A stretch of 63,484 bases of DNA, counting the filler, from Thraustochytrium aureum (lineage: Eukaryota): assembly GCA_012862495.1 (NCBI GenBank). It is 6 parts of 4 records of this genome, joined end to end, with 100 filler letters (N's around TTAATTAATTAA, not from the genome) between each part and the next. Parts side by side here need not be neighbours in the genome. Positions count along the whole stretch, not along the records: positions 38,705 to 56,259 come from BLSG01000384.1; positions 56,360 to 62,375 come from BLSG01000385.1; 4 more parts are not named here. One strand, 5' to 3'. Positions within the stretch are counted from its first letter, which is position 1, and every line of letters begins with the position of its first letter. Shown piece by piece: positions 46,518 to 58,109 of the stretch. A program made the position numbers and the translations under genes. A model generated the notes under the pieces. It was not told the DNA's origin and did no database searches. It saw only the letters and a list, made by a program, of their open reading frames with translations.

Positions 46518-47764
46518 CTACGCCGAATGGCCAGCGCCGATTGGCGCCCTGCAAAGGTGCACGTGCATCAGGGCCCGCACGACGAACACCGAGACACTCT
46601 GACCGATCACCTTCCACTGCTGCCGGACAGTCAGGGTATCAGGAAAACCAAAGTTGTCAGGAAAACCAAACAAACTTGCCAGTTCGCGCGGAGCGAACCA
46701 CCTAATCTGGCCGCTATGCGCCACCGACATGTCGTCATCGCGGGACACAAGGGCGTTGCGCGGGCAGCTTGCGTGATAGAGCGAGCCAGAGGCTCTGTGG
46801 AAGGTGCGCCCGTAGGCTGAGGTGAAACAAAACGTGGTGCGGTCCTCTGCGCCAACTAGGGACAGGCCCTGGGCCCACGGTTTGCGCAAAGTCTCGTCAG
46901 GAATGACCAGCTGCGACATCTCGTCAGCGGCGAAAGTCCCTGCAGGCAGTGTGAACAGGCCAACCGGATGGACGCCAAGCCCGTTAGCAGAGTCTGCTTC
47001 GACGGCATTGTGGAGCCCCTTGAGCTCCTCCTCAGAGCCGCGCAGCCCAGGCAGCGCAGAACATGCGATCGCGCGACCGTGAACACAGACTCTACTTGGC
47101 CAGGGCAGGAGCAACGCGGCAAGAGCCGCGAAACAAGTGCCGGGTCCTGGCTGTAGCCTTCCGGGTGGCCTCTGCGCGCGGCCATGAAGAACCGCATTCG
47201 GTTGTTTGGCATCCTGAACTGCATCGGCGTGAGCAAGTACTGGCACCACGAGTAGCCGCAGCGTGCAAGCGTTTCAGTCCAAAGCCGGTGGGTCTCTGAG
47301 CCTTGGAAACCTTGCACGTTCTCGAGGAAGATCGCTTCAGGGCGCGCCCCCGCTTCGAGCGCCTCGAGCTGGCGCATGAGGTGCATAAATGCCTTGTTCC
47401 TGCGGTCTTGCACGTCTAGCTGTCGCGCGAGCTGCGTCTGCGTGAATGGCTGGCACGGCGGTGACATTGTCCAAACGTCAAACCCAGCGAGGTCATCGGC
47501 GCCCATCGACTCGACGTTCCCGCGCCGCACGGTCCCCGGACCGAAGTTGTGCTCGTAAACCTTTATGACCACGTCCGAGGAGTCGACGGCGGTGAAGCAG
47601 AGCTGGCACGCCGCCGAGCGGTTCGCGCTGGTCTCTGCGCTGGCCTGGACGCTGTCCTCGTCTTCGACCACGGCATTCGAAGCAGACGGCGGCGCGGCCT
47701 GCAGTGCGGCGGAGAGCGCCACGCGCATGCCGCCGATGCCAGAGAATAGCTCCAGCACCCTCAT
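46518..47764 (-). CDS. TRDMT1: DNMT2/TRDMT1-like cytosine-5 (tRNA C38) methyltransferase; frameshift near 47075
   Basis: Motif I ELFSGIGG, IV SPPCQPFT, VI LENV, VIII N.R.RFF, DNMT2-diagnostic CFTSAYG...SGS, IX R.FAPRE...LFGFP, X IGQSV. Confidence 0.88.
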
Positions 47765-48689
47765 CGTCGGCAAAGCCGCGCAGCGGCTCTGTTCCGGTCA
47801 GCAGCTGTTCTGCTGGGCCGAGCAACCAACCACNNNNNNNNNNNNNNNNNNNNNNNNNNNNNNNNNNNNNNNNNNNNNNNNNNNNNNNNNNNNNNNNNNN
47901 NNNNNNNNNNNNNNNNNNNNNNNNNNNNNNNNNNNNNNNNNNNNNNNNNNNNNNNNNNNNNNNNNNNNNNNNNNNNNNNNNNNNNNNNNNNNNNNNNNNN
48001 NNNNNNNNNNNNNNNNNNNNNNNNNNNNNNNNNNNNNNNNNNNNNNNNNNNNNNNNNNNNNNNNNNNNNNNNNNNNNNNNNNNNNNNNNNNNNNNCGGGG
48101 CAGCAAAATTGGCGCTNCGGGGGCTGACAGAAGATGGCAATGCCAAGCCAATGTGCTATCATGTGCTTCACCTTGAGGGCCATGCCGAACTGCTTGCCCG
48201 TGAACCGGAGTCCGCGGCTGCTGATGGCCGGCACGACGGGCTCACCGCGCGCTGGTCTGGATCCGCTCGCGCAGCGCGTCCCGGCAGGTGGAGCACCTCG
48301 CCCCTGATGACCGCATGGAGCCCGGCGTTGAGTTATGGGGTGGAAAAGACGCTAGAGATTTGGCAGCCTCCTTCGGCAAATCTGTGACGGGACATCTCTG
48401 CGCTAGACGGAGGCCGCGTGCTGAAGAGCCCCAGACCAGTCCCGAAGGAGCCGGGCTGACAGCCAAATGTCTGGCGCTCGCTAGAGACGACAACTGTGTC
48501 GATCTGACTGTGTTGTTGCTGCAGCGGCTCTGCCGCGCGCCGGAGGGGCCTGCGCGTTCACGCAGCCGGCCGCGCCTGCGCCCCGTCCCTCTGGTCTGCA
48601 GATGGAACCAAGCTGAGGGCAACGCGTCGGCGAGAGCGTCAAGGTTTCATCTTACTACACAGTGTGCCACCGACGGCGCTGCACTAGGC

Positions 48690-49601
48690 CTACTTGAACG
48701 GGTTGAACTTGCGAGCCGCTTTGAGGCGCATGATGTGCGCCTTGTCTTGCTCAAACTTTTCGCGCAGGTCGGCGAGCTGGTCGCGCTTCTTCTCGCGCTG
48801 CTGGAACCTGTAAAAGTCCTTGAGGTCCTTGACCTTCTTCTTCTTGTTCACCACGAGGTTGCGCGTCGCACCGGTGACAGTGGCGAGGTACTGCTGGCCA
48901 CCAGCGACGGCAAGCGTGTCCGCGGCCAAGGACGCGGCGGTGCGAGCCTTGCTTCCCTTCTTGTAATTTACCGTGGTAAAGCCGTCTGCGTCTGCCTGCT
49001 TCTCAAGCTCCTTCCGTCGCGCCGTCTCTTCGGCCTCGAGTCGCGCAAACTCGACCATGTAGGTCTCGGTTTCTGCCTTGAGTTCCGCGAGTCCTGGGCG
49101 CTCTGCGTCGTACTGCTCGAGCCATCGCGGCAATCGAGTCTTTCGGCCCGCGCTCGACGCGTCGTCAGCGAGCAGCAGCGGAGAGAGCTTTCGCTCTGCG
49201 CCGTCACTTGCGCGCTCCAGAACGGCTCCAAGAGCTTGCCCGGACGCAAAGGTGACTCTCGCAAAGCGGCACCGATTGGCCTTGCCAACGTTGACGCTCT
49301 GCACGGTCCCAAACTGCTCGAAAATCCTGCGCAGCTGCTCCACGCCCCACCCTTGCGCCACGTTTGCCACAAACAGCGTCACGCCAGCGCTGTCGGAGCC
49401 AGCGCCGCCGTGCGCCTTGACATACAAAAACCTCCTAAACCGCCTCCCCTCCGGCGCCTGAAACGCCAGCACCTCGAGCATCTCGCTGCGCCCACGCTTC
49501 TTCCCTCGCCCTTTGGCGCCGGAGCCGCCATCCTCCGGCACGAGCTCGTCCAGCGCGGCGGGGAGGTCGCAGTCCACCGCGAGCACCTTGAGCCCGCTCA
49601 T
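48690..49601 (-). CDS. RRP7: Ribosomal RNA-processing protein 7 (RRM + RRP7 domain)
   Basis: TLFVANV RRM; DADGFTTV; LKDFYRFQQREKKR..L..LR.KFE.DK..I..LK..RKFNPF. Confidence 0.92.
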   Translation of the reverse strand: MSGLKVLAVDCDLPAALDELVPEDGGSGAKGRGKKRGRSEMLEVLAFQAPEGRRFRRFLYVKAHGGAGSDSAGVTLFVANVAQGWGVEQLRRIFEQFGTVQSVNVGKANRCRFARVTFASGQALGAVLERASDGAERKLSPLLLADDASSAGRKTRLPRWLEQYDAERPGLAELKAETETYMVEFARLEAEETARRKELEKQADADGFTTVNYKKGSKARTAASLAADTLAVAGGQQYLATVTGATRNLVVNKKKKVKDLKDFYRFQQREKKRDQLADLREKFEQDKAHIMRLKAARKFNPFK

Positions 49602-50210
49602 CTCCACCGCCCGCGCAAGCCCAACGAGCGCGACCGGCCCGCCTCTCGCAGCTCCGCCTAGGTGCCCAGCGAGCTCCGACTGCGGAGGCCTTCGAGCGAC
49701 TGACTGCCTGCCTGGCTGGCTGGCTGGCTGGCTGACCGGCTGACTGACTGCGAAGGCCTTCGGGCGACGCCGCTGGCGATGGAGAGCGCGAGCAGGGATC
49801 CAGCCAGAGGCGTTCCGCAACAGCGCCCGCCTCACCTACCTCTGTCCTTCGTGAAAAGCGTGTTCGGCGTCACTCGCTTTGTTCTCTCATGCTTGGAAGG
49901 ACGATTGTTCTCTTTTGATTGAAGGCGTCTTTTGCTCGCTCAAGCGCCTTTTGCTCGTTGTTCGCTCAAGCGCCTTTTGCTCGCTAGCGATTGTTCTCTC
50001 GAGCACCTTTCGCTCGCTCGTGCGCGGAATGACGATTGTTCTCTCGCGCGCTCTTTTCGTATTGGGTGTGCGCGCGTTTCGCTGGCTCGAGCTTGGAAGG
50101 AGGCCTCCAACGGATCGATTGTGGTGTTTGCAGCGCCCGTGTCGCCTGTGCCGGATTGCGTTGGGGCGGCGGTTGCGCTCTGGGGCGCGGCGTGCGTGGC
50201 AGGCGGCGGG

Positions 50211-51491
50211 ATGATTTCGAGGTCGCCGAGCATGAGCCTGTCGAGGCAGGCCAGCCTCAGCTCGTTCAGGTCGCACGCGAGCGACGGGAGCAAGAACGGG
50301 AAGGGCGCCCACGAGAAGCGCAAGTTCAATATGAGCGAGGTAGTCGAGAACGCGTTCGCTCTGCTGGTGGGCGAGTACGGCAGCAAGAACGACCTCGAGG
50401 TGCCCGTGCGGTTTTACGAGTTTTACAATGGCCCGCTTGTGCGCAGCTTTCTGGCCGCGGCGATATTCTACTTTTACTCGTACGTGCGCGTGATGAAACA
50501 GTACCACAAACAGGCCGTGGCCATCGCGCAGGCGCGCGATCGAGGCATTTACCCAGTCCCGCGAATCGAGGACGGCGAGGAATTCATCGCCGCGCGGGGC
50601 GAGCAGCAGAACCGGCTGGCACGGCTCGCGCAGGCCTACGCGAGGGTCCTGCTCTCTTGCAGCAACTATGAGCAGCCCCTGGACGACCTGCTCTTCTTCG
50701 AGTGCGTGTACCACTTTACATATCTAGTTGTCAAGCAGAGCGTTGACCCGAGCCCCTTTGAGTCGAAGGAGTTTTGGGAGAGGGTCAAGAGCGAGCTCTG
50801 CTTTGTCTTCCGCGGGCCCGACTTTGACATCGAGGCCAAGCGGCGCGCAAAGCTAGCGCAAAAGGCCCGCCTCCAGGAGGCAGCAGATATTCGCAAGGAG
50901 GCCTCTGGGATGCGCCAAGACCTCGCCTCGTCCGAGCACCTGGTGCAGCGCGGCTTTAGCAGCCGACACGACGCGGCTGACCGCGAGCCCGCTCGGCCTC
51001 AAGCGCGTTCTTTCGCGGGAATGCACAAATCCTCGCCTCGGCGCACCAGCACGAGAAACTCGTTTGCAAGCGACACTGGCGAGGCGCAAGCTGCGGCTTG
51101 TCCTCAGGATCTCAAGCTTCCTGACAACGCCCTCGTGGGAATATCTTCCTTGCAGATTGTGCAAGAGGGCAGCATTCTCGGGCGCGAAGACGGCGGCGGC
51201 GGCGGCGGCAATCAGCTTGGCAAAGCCGCTGCAGGGTATCCAACCGCACTAGCAACTTTCCTCGAGCGTATCGGGCCAGTGCCAGCGCTGGACGGCCTCT
51301 CGCTCACGGTGCCGCGGACAAACTCTCGCGCCCGGCCATTCTCTATTCACAAGGCGCTCCACGCGCGATCGCCGATAATGTCGCTGCTGCTACCCCCTCC
51401 CAAAGAGGTAGCGCGCCGCAACGCGGTCGCAGCGCGCAGCCGCCCGCCGCACAGCGAAGCAGCGAGCCCGCTCGCAAGGGCACCACCATGA
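50211..51491 (+). CDS. PPP1R36-like (PP1 regulatory/inhibitor domain) protein
   Basis: LA..YA.VLL...D..FFE.VY.F...V ... SEL..VFR...F and A...RSP..S.LLP.P pattern, matched from memory of the family. Confidence 0.55.
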   Translation: MISRSPSMSLSRQASLSSFRSHASDGSKNGKGAHEKRKFNMSEVVENAFALLVGEYGSKNDLEVPVRFYEFYNGPLVRSFLAAAIFYFYSYVRVMKQYHKQAVAIAQARDRGIYPVPRIEDGEEFIAARGEQQNRLARLAQAYARVLLSCSNYEQPLDDLLFFECVYHFTYLVVKQSVDPSPFESKEFWERVKSELCFVFRGPDFDIEAKRRAKLAQKARLQEAADIRKEASGMRQDLASSEHLVQRGFSSRHDAADREPARPQARSFAGMHKSSPRRTSTRNSFASDTGEAQAAACPQDLKLPDNALVGISSLQIVQEGSILGREDGGGGGGNQLGKAAAGYPTALATFLERIGPVPALDGLSLTVPRTNSRARPFSIHKALHARSPIMSLLLPPPKEVARRNAVAARSRPPHSEAASPLARAPP

Positions 51492-51729
51492 TGCTCAGAA
51501 CAGAAACTCAACCATGCTTTATAACATAAAGAAAGTTCTTACACCGGGCAGATCGGCTCGGCTCGGCTCGGCAGCTGGGCCGAGCTGCCGATTCCGCCTC
51601 TCGGGCTTGCGCCGCTTCTCGGGCTCCAGCCGCTCTGGTGGCCTTCGTAGCAGGACACCGATACCAGCTGTCGCGTCGCAGCGCAGCTGCAGCTGCAGCA
51701 GGTCGCCACAGGCCATCGCATCAAGAGCA

Positions 51730-52435
51730 TCACTGCGCGCGAGACTCCAAGTGGTCCAGGGCACGCTCGTGCCAAAGCTCAAAATTCCACAGGTACATCT
51801 CCTTGGGGTCTCCCGGCTTGAAGACGCGAGACAGGATCCTTATAGGCTGGCCGCGCAGGTACTTTTGCACGTCAAACTCTTGCCCAAGTGCCCGAAGCTT
51901 GAACGACTCCATGTCCAGCTTGTCGTTGTAAAAGTCAAACGTGTAGACCTTGTCTGTGCGAAAGGCGTGCTCTTTCAAGTTCTTGCGCTTCGAGAGAAAC
52001 TTTTTGCGCTGGATGTTGTCCAGGGCTCGCCCAAGCTCGACTTGAGCCCAGTTCTCCTCGATTTCGGTGGCCGCGTGCAACTCGGGCGCAGAGTCGCTCA
52101 CGTGGATTATCTGTGCCGTTTGCGCCATCGGGGAAAGCAGGTAGCTCTGCTCGCCGATGTGGACTTGCAGAAGCGGCGCGAGGAGCTTGAAGAACTTGAC
52201 AAGGGCCGTCGCGAGGAATGTTGACGGCTGCTTGACTGGCTTGCAAAACTCCTGCCCCGTCGAGACGTCCTCAAACGGGATAGGCTTCTTGAACTGGCCC
52301 GAGATCACGCACGAGGAGAGACGCGCCTTGCCCTTGAAATATGGCGCGGCCGCCGGCTGGCCTCGAACGCGGAAGATGAGCCGACCTTTGAAAAGCTCTG
52401 TTTCAAAGGCGTAGGTTGTTCCGTTGATTGGGACC
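51730..52435 (-). CDS. DUF1769-family protein (5' part in gap)
   Basis: VPIN...FETELFKG....RVR...YF.GK.R...G.FK...GQEF, LSP, YTFDFY, L.GQPIR, LWNFELWH. Confidence 0.75.
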
Positions 52436-53349
52436 NNNNNNNNNNNNNNNNNNNNNNNNNNNNNNNNNNNNNNNNNNNNNNNNNNNNNNNNNNNNNNNNN
52501 NNNNNNNNNNNNNNNNNNNNNNNNNNNNNNNNNNNNNNNNNNNNNNNNNNNNNNNNNNNNNNNNNNNNNNNNNNNNNNNNNNNNNNNNNNNNNNNNNNNN
52601 NNNNNNNNNNNNNNNNNNNNNNNNNNNNNNNNNNNNNNNNNNNNNNNNNNNNNNNNNNNNNNNNNNNNNNNNNNNNNNNNNNNNNNNNNNNNNNNNNNNN
52701 NNNNNNNNNNNNNNNNNNNNNNNNNNNNNNNNNNNNNNNNNNNNNNNNNNNNNNNNNNNNNNNNNNNNNNNNNNNNNNNNNNNNNNNNNNNNNNNNNNNN
52801 NNNNNNNNNNNNNNNNNNNNNNNNNNNNNNNNNNNNNNNNNNNNNNNNNNNNNNNNNNNNNNNNNNNNNNNNNCCCCTACCGCGCGCCGTGCTCGCTCTC
52901 GCGCCGCGCGCCCGCGTGTGCGTTGCGGCACTGCGCGCGCGCGCCGAGCGAGATGGAGCGGATGAACGCCTGAAATGGCCCCGCATGCCGTGCTGCCTGC
53001 GCAGAACGGACGAGGCCCTCGCGCGCCAGCACAGGACGCGCCAGGGCAGGCAGGCGCCGGCGAACTCGCCGGTATCGACCGCGCTCGAGTACGTCGGTAG
53101 CTCACTTTTCGATGCCGCGCGAGCGAGCGGCGCCCTGGATCGCGATGGCCTGGATGGCGGCGGTCCGGCTCGCGGAGAGGCGCCAGTGCCGCATCGCCTC
53201 GCAGGTCCCTCGCGCGGCCGTCGGTGGCGCCGCCCGCAGGCTGCAGCTGGCTGCGCGCTCTGGTTTGCTTTCCTCGGGGCTGGCTGGCCGGCTCGCTCGC
53301 TCGCTGGGCTGGGAGCGGTCGGGCTGCGCGCGGGGGAGGTCGAGGCGGG

Positions 53350-53891
53350 ATGTGCAGGACGTGCGTGAAGGAGCGCTCCCGCAGCGGCAGCGCACGTGCT
53401 TGGAGGGCGGCGCGTACCTGCTGAACTGGAACGCGTGCGCGCAGTGCGGGTCCAAGTCTGCGCCCGTCGCCAGGGAGCACGAGGTGAAAGAGGAGGCGGC
53501 AGAGGACCCGGAGGAAGCGGCGCAAGGGGTGCTGGAAGAGGAAACGACGTTTAAACATGTCTGCGGAGAGTGCGAGCACGTGGTCTGCGAGCACTACCAC
53601 AAGTTTGCCGTCGTGTCGGTGCTGCAGCAAGAGTATCTGATGGAGTGCGTTCTGTGCGGTAGGGGCGCCGATGAGGTCGCCCTCGACCGGTCTGGATCGC
53701 TGGGTGGCGCTGCGCTGCCTGCCGCGGCGATCGCTGCTGCTCCTGCGGCCTCAGAAGACCCCGAGGCCGCGGCGCGGAGTCGAGAGTCGCTCATGAACGG
53801 CCTCGCTGAGCAAATGAGCGCTCTCGGCGTTCTCAGCGCGTCTGCAGCGGAAGCGGAGGACAGCGACGGCTCTGCGGGCTGGGACGCATGA
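53350..53891 (+). CDS. CHURC1: Churchill-domain zinc-binding protein (frameshift near 53375)
   Basis: MCRTCVKE / PQR..TCLEGGAYLLNW..C..C ... EE..F.H.C..C.HVVC.H...F.V...QEY.M.C.LCG.G.D matches the Churchill Cys/His pattern. Confidence 0.85.
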
Positions 53892-54053
53892 CGAGCTGTG
53901 CGCGGGCGGCACTCTGTTTCTCAGCCACAGTTTGCCTTGCCGTGTGTCGCACAGGAGGCCCTAACGGGCTGGCAGCTCGGCAACGCATAATGGCGACCTG
54001 CGCGAACTGCAAGGATAGGTACCTACAAGGGACGCTGAGACGCATACAAGGGT

Positions 54054-56252
54054 TTAGTCGCTATCGCCATACTCCTCGCCCTCAGAACTGGACGGATCCA
54101 GAAACTCCTTGCGCTTGGCTGGCCGAGGCGACGCAGCAGACCCGGCGGCGCTGTGCCCTGACGCGGCCGCTTCATCATCATCGGTTGCAACGCCAGCATC
54201 CAGTGCGTTGCCTTCGTCGTCGCGGGTGGGATCCGCGAAATCGGCCGGTGCCAAACCGCGCGGGCGAGAGTCCTCAGCCGTCGCGCCGAAATCACCGTCG
54301 TTTGCGTAGGTGCTGCCCAGCAGGTGCCCTTCATCCTCTTGTGTCAATAAGAAACGGGGATCATCTTGAAAGCTCCGGCGCGGCATCGCGGCGTTGCTGG
54401 CCCTGTCACTAGCCGAGTCGAACTCCCTTGCGCTAGTGTGCTGTACGTCATCGTCCGCGCCCATCGGCCCGTCCTCCTCGTCCACCTCCATGATCGTGGC
54501 GGCCGCTTGCGTCTGCCCCGGAAAGAGCCCCGACGGACTGACTGCGCTGCGTGTTCGATGGCGCCGACTCGCTCGCAGCCGACGCACTCGCGCTCGGCTG
54601 CCTCGGGAGCTGCGATGAGCCCAGCTGCGCTGGCATTGAACCAGGGTCCGAGTCGTCCAGCGTCGGCTCAGCAGCCATGTGAGCGGGAATGTCGACCCCT
54701 TCCCCATGGCCGCCCGCTGACTCGGCGCTCGAGCCACGCGGGTTTTCTTCTGCTATTTCGGACCCAACGGCGAGCTCGCTATTGATCTTGAGGCTTCCCT
54801 CCACTACCGTCGCAAGGGCACGGGGGCCGACTGCTGCAGCAAGCGGAGCGGCAGCACCGAGAGCAGAGCTGCCCTCGTCTTGGTCGGCGGGCGCATCCTG
54901 TTGTGTCGGGAGGATGTTTTCGTGTCATCAGACCCGTCCCGGCTCGTCCTGGCTGTGCGATCCGAGCAAGGACACACGACGCGAGCGCTGTCGCCCAGCT
55001 TGGTGGACTCTTCAATCTTGGCGCAGTGGCGGTCCAGCGCCGCCGCGTGCTCGTCGAGCAATGCGCTTACCGAGGCTACGAGCGAGGCGCGGCTCTTGCC
55101 CAAGATGGCCCTCAGCGCCTTCGCCTCTGCCTCTGCCTTGCCTAGCCTACGCTGCAGCACGGAGAAGGTCGCAGCCGCCTCTTCGAGACGCTGGTTGGCT
55201 TTCATTTCGATGCTGCGCTTGAGGATCTCCCGGTCTGCTTGCAGGTTGCGCCGAGCCGTGGCTGCGTTCTGGCTCTGGCGATCAGCCTCGCGCCTGGCCT
55301 CCTCGGCTTCCTGCTTTGCCGCAGCGACCAGGGCCTGATGCGCCTCCGCCTTGGCTGTCGCTTGCGAGAGGGCGGCGTTGAGCTGCAACTCGGTTTTCGC
55401 CGCGGCGCTCTTCAGGTCGCAGATTTGGAGGTTGAGCTCGTTTTCGAGCGCGACTCGCTCCTGCTTGGCCTTGCTGCACTCGGCCCTGGCTACCTCCGCG
55501 TCCTCGTTGGCCTTCGCTAGCAGCGCTGCGTTGCGCTCCAGCTCGCTGCGGAGCTCGTCTGCCTCTTGCGCGGCCCTCCGGAGTTGCTCGCTGTGGTCGG
55601 CGCGCAAGTCGTCCATGGAGGACTCGTGCTTGTGCCGCATCTCCGTGAGCCTTGCAAGCAACTTGTCGTCGTCCGACTCGCCGCTGTACCGCACCCGCTT
55701 TTGCTGAGGGCTGGCCCCGGCGCCGAGTGCCTTTGCTGACGACGGGGAGTTGGTTTCGAGGCTAGCCAAACCCTCGGTCCGGGGCCGCTTTGGAGTCCCC
55801 AAGGAGCGCTCTTGCGAGCCATTCGAGTCCGGGTTCATGCCGAGGGGGCCGACTACGGGGAAGAACCGGAACGCGAGCGGCAGGGCGGGCCCCGCTGCGG
55901 ACTCCACCTGCTTGTTCTTGGACAGGACGATCACATCTCCAGCAAGCAGCTCTTTCGCTCGCCCCCTGGCGACCTTGACCCCATTGACAAAGGTTCCGTT
56001 CGTGGAAGACTTGTCGGTGATAGCGTACCGCCGCTTCCCTTCCCGCTCGGAGAACGAGAGTGAGCAGTGGACCCCGGAGACTACGGTTTCCACAAGCACC
56101 AAGTTGTTCGTTTTCGGCGCCCTGCCGATCAAGAATGGATTTGCCACCAGCTCCTGCACCTGTTTCTCGCCCAGCCTGCCTCCTTCTGGCGAACGCCGCT
56201 CGTACTCCAGCATCGCCCAGGGGCCGTTCGCGTCTTTCGCAACATCGCCCAT
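54054..56252 (-). CDS. FHA-domain coiled-coil protein with acidic disordered tail (at least two apparent frameshifts between ~54.5 and 54.95 kb)
   Basis: FLIGR...VSGVHC...D.SSTNGTFVNG....L..GDVI FHA signature followed by a long coiled coil. Confidence 0.8.
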
Positions 56253-56359
56253 CGCACCANNNNNNNNNNNNNNNNNNNNNNNNNNNNNNNNNNNNNNNNN
56301 NNNTTAATTAATTAANNNNNNNNNNNNNNNNNNNNNNNNNNNNNNNNNNNNNNNNNNNN

Positions 56360-57890
56360 GGGCATGCGCGTGGCGCGAGCCGCCGCAAACTCCCCGGACA
56401 AGGCTCCTGGCGTGACAAAGGGCCTGCTGCAAGTCAAAGCGCACCCAGCTGGGCAGGGCTGGGCGCGCGTCGAGCTCACGGTGGGCCAGTTTTCCTTGGT
56501 GAGCTTTGAGTTTGAGGCCGCCGATGCGGGAGATGTTGCCGCAGCTGCAAGCCATCTCAAGCCTGATGTTGGCGGCGCAGCCTGGGGTGCGGCCGCAGAC
56601 CTTCGCGATGCAGCCCGCAGCGCTCTCAACTTTGTTCTCGACAAGTTGCGCAACCCCAGCAAGCCCGTGCCGTACCGATACGGCGTGTTCACGAGCTTTG
56701 TGGACACAGACGAGCGCGACCAAGAGTACGCGGACGGACACCACGTCACTTCGGAGCACATGGGGCTCCTGCTTCGGGCATCAGCTTGCATGCGCGACAA
56801 AACTGCGTTCGAGCAAGCAGTCCGGTTCGTCAACGAGGTGATGTTCTCGCCTCTCTTCAAGGTCATCAACTGGGCCGTTGACAAGGACGCTGACCGTCCT
56901 TACTTTCAGTTCGATGGTTCCCGTTGGGTCGCAGCCACGGCGCCGCTCGACGATTTGCGCGTGATTATGGGTCTTCTCGAGGGCGCCGCAGTGTTTTCGA
57001 GCGACTTGGCCGGGACAACTGCCGAAGAGGCGCTGAAGGGCATGCTCTGGACGTCGGTCACGCGAGGCGCCAAGAACTACCCCGACGGCCTGTTCGGGAT
57101 GGCGTTCGACTTTGCTGAAGTGGAAGACAAGTCGCTGAGCCCGATTGCAAAGGGCCTCGGGGCCGGCGAAATCGCCGAGGACCTCATTCCTGTCGACTAT
57201 CAAGACCTGGATGCTCTCTACCAAGCGGCTTTGCGTTCCCCGCGGTACATCCCGATCTTGCGCTCCGCGCTCGAGCTCATTCTAGCCTCCGAGATTGGCG
57301 CCAACAAAGGCAAGGGCACCGGCCTGTTTTACAATGGGTACGTGGCCGCGCGCGGGACGTGGACCGGCGACTTTGAGAACCAGGGCAGCACGGAAGGCAA
57401 GCACCTCAAGGTGATCCAGGAGCTCTGGACGGCCATTCACCTCGCGCGCGTAGCGGCGTTGGATTCTGGCCTACTAAGCGCTGGCGAGCGAGCCCGCGCC
57501 AAAGCTGCGGCGCAACGCTGCTACGAGTTTTTCAAGAACTTTTACTCAAAGACAGCAGGCCGGATTCCAGAGTACCTGACCTTTGCTGGCCGTGACGTGC
57601 CCGACTGCCCCGGGAAAAGCTGTCTTGAGCGCGACTCGGCGGGCGAGACGGAGAACGGCTTCGACGGCGAGGCGCGGATTTACGCCCTCTTTGCGCGCCT
57701 CGGCTTGTACGTGGGTGACGACACAGCCTTCCTGCAGGGCGTTCTTCGCAGCCGTGTCTTGTCGGACCAGGTGTCCTCAGGAGCGATGAAGGGCATGATT
57801 GGCATTTCTACATCAGGCACGGAAGACGCGGACGCCTGGAACTCGCTCGAGTCGGTGCTTTCGCTCTGCTTGGTTGGCACGAACGTCTAA
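56360..57890 (+). CDS. GH8-like (alpha/alpha)6 six-hairpin glycosidase, 5' truncated by linker
   Basis: TSEHMGLLL.....F....FV...M, NWAV, ATAPLDDLRVI.GL resemble GH8/YdaJ-type SExxG and A.xDDLRI motifs. Confidence 0.6.
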
Positions 57891-58109
57891 GTGCTGTTTG
57901 GTTTTTGCGTCGTCTGCTGCGGCGAGTCCGGAGACATTGGATGCGTTTTTTGTCTTGATTTTGATCAATAGGAAGAATGAAGCAGTTGAGCTCGCAGACA
58001 TTCAAAACCAATCATCGCTGTTGCTCGTTTTGAGCGAACATAGTTTTCTCGCCGAGCGCGGGCTTGAAAAATGTTTGAAAATGAATTTCTATCGACTCGG
58101 ATAGATAAC

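Noticed and set aside
46518..47764. Bacterial-type restriction-modification DNA methyltransferase
   Set aside because: The CFT..YG target-recognition motif identifies DNMT2 (tRNA methyltransferase); no linked nuclease, and the REase gene is on another scaffold.
10720..54950. Widespread programmed frameshifting or mass pseudogenisation (RAD51D, Snf7-like, cyclophilin, G8, TTL, DNMT2, Churchill, FHA)
   Set aside because: Most breaks lie in homopolymer or CG-dinucleotide runs in genes with otherwise intact motifs, the signature of sequencing indel errors.
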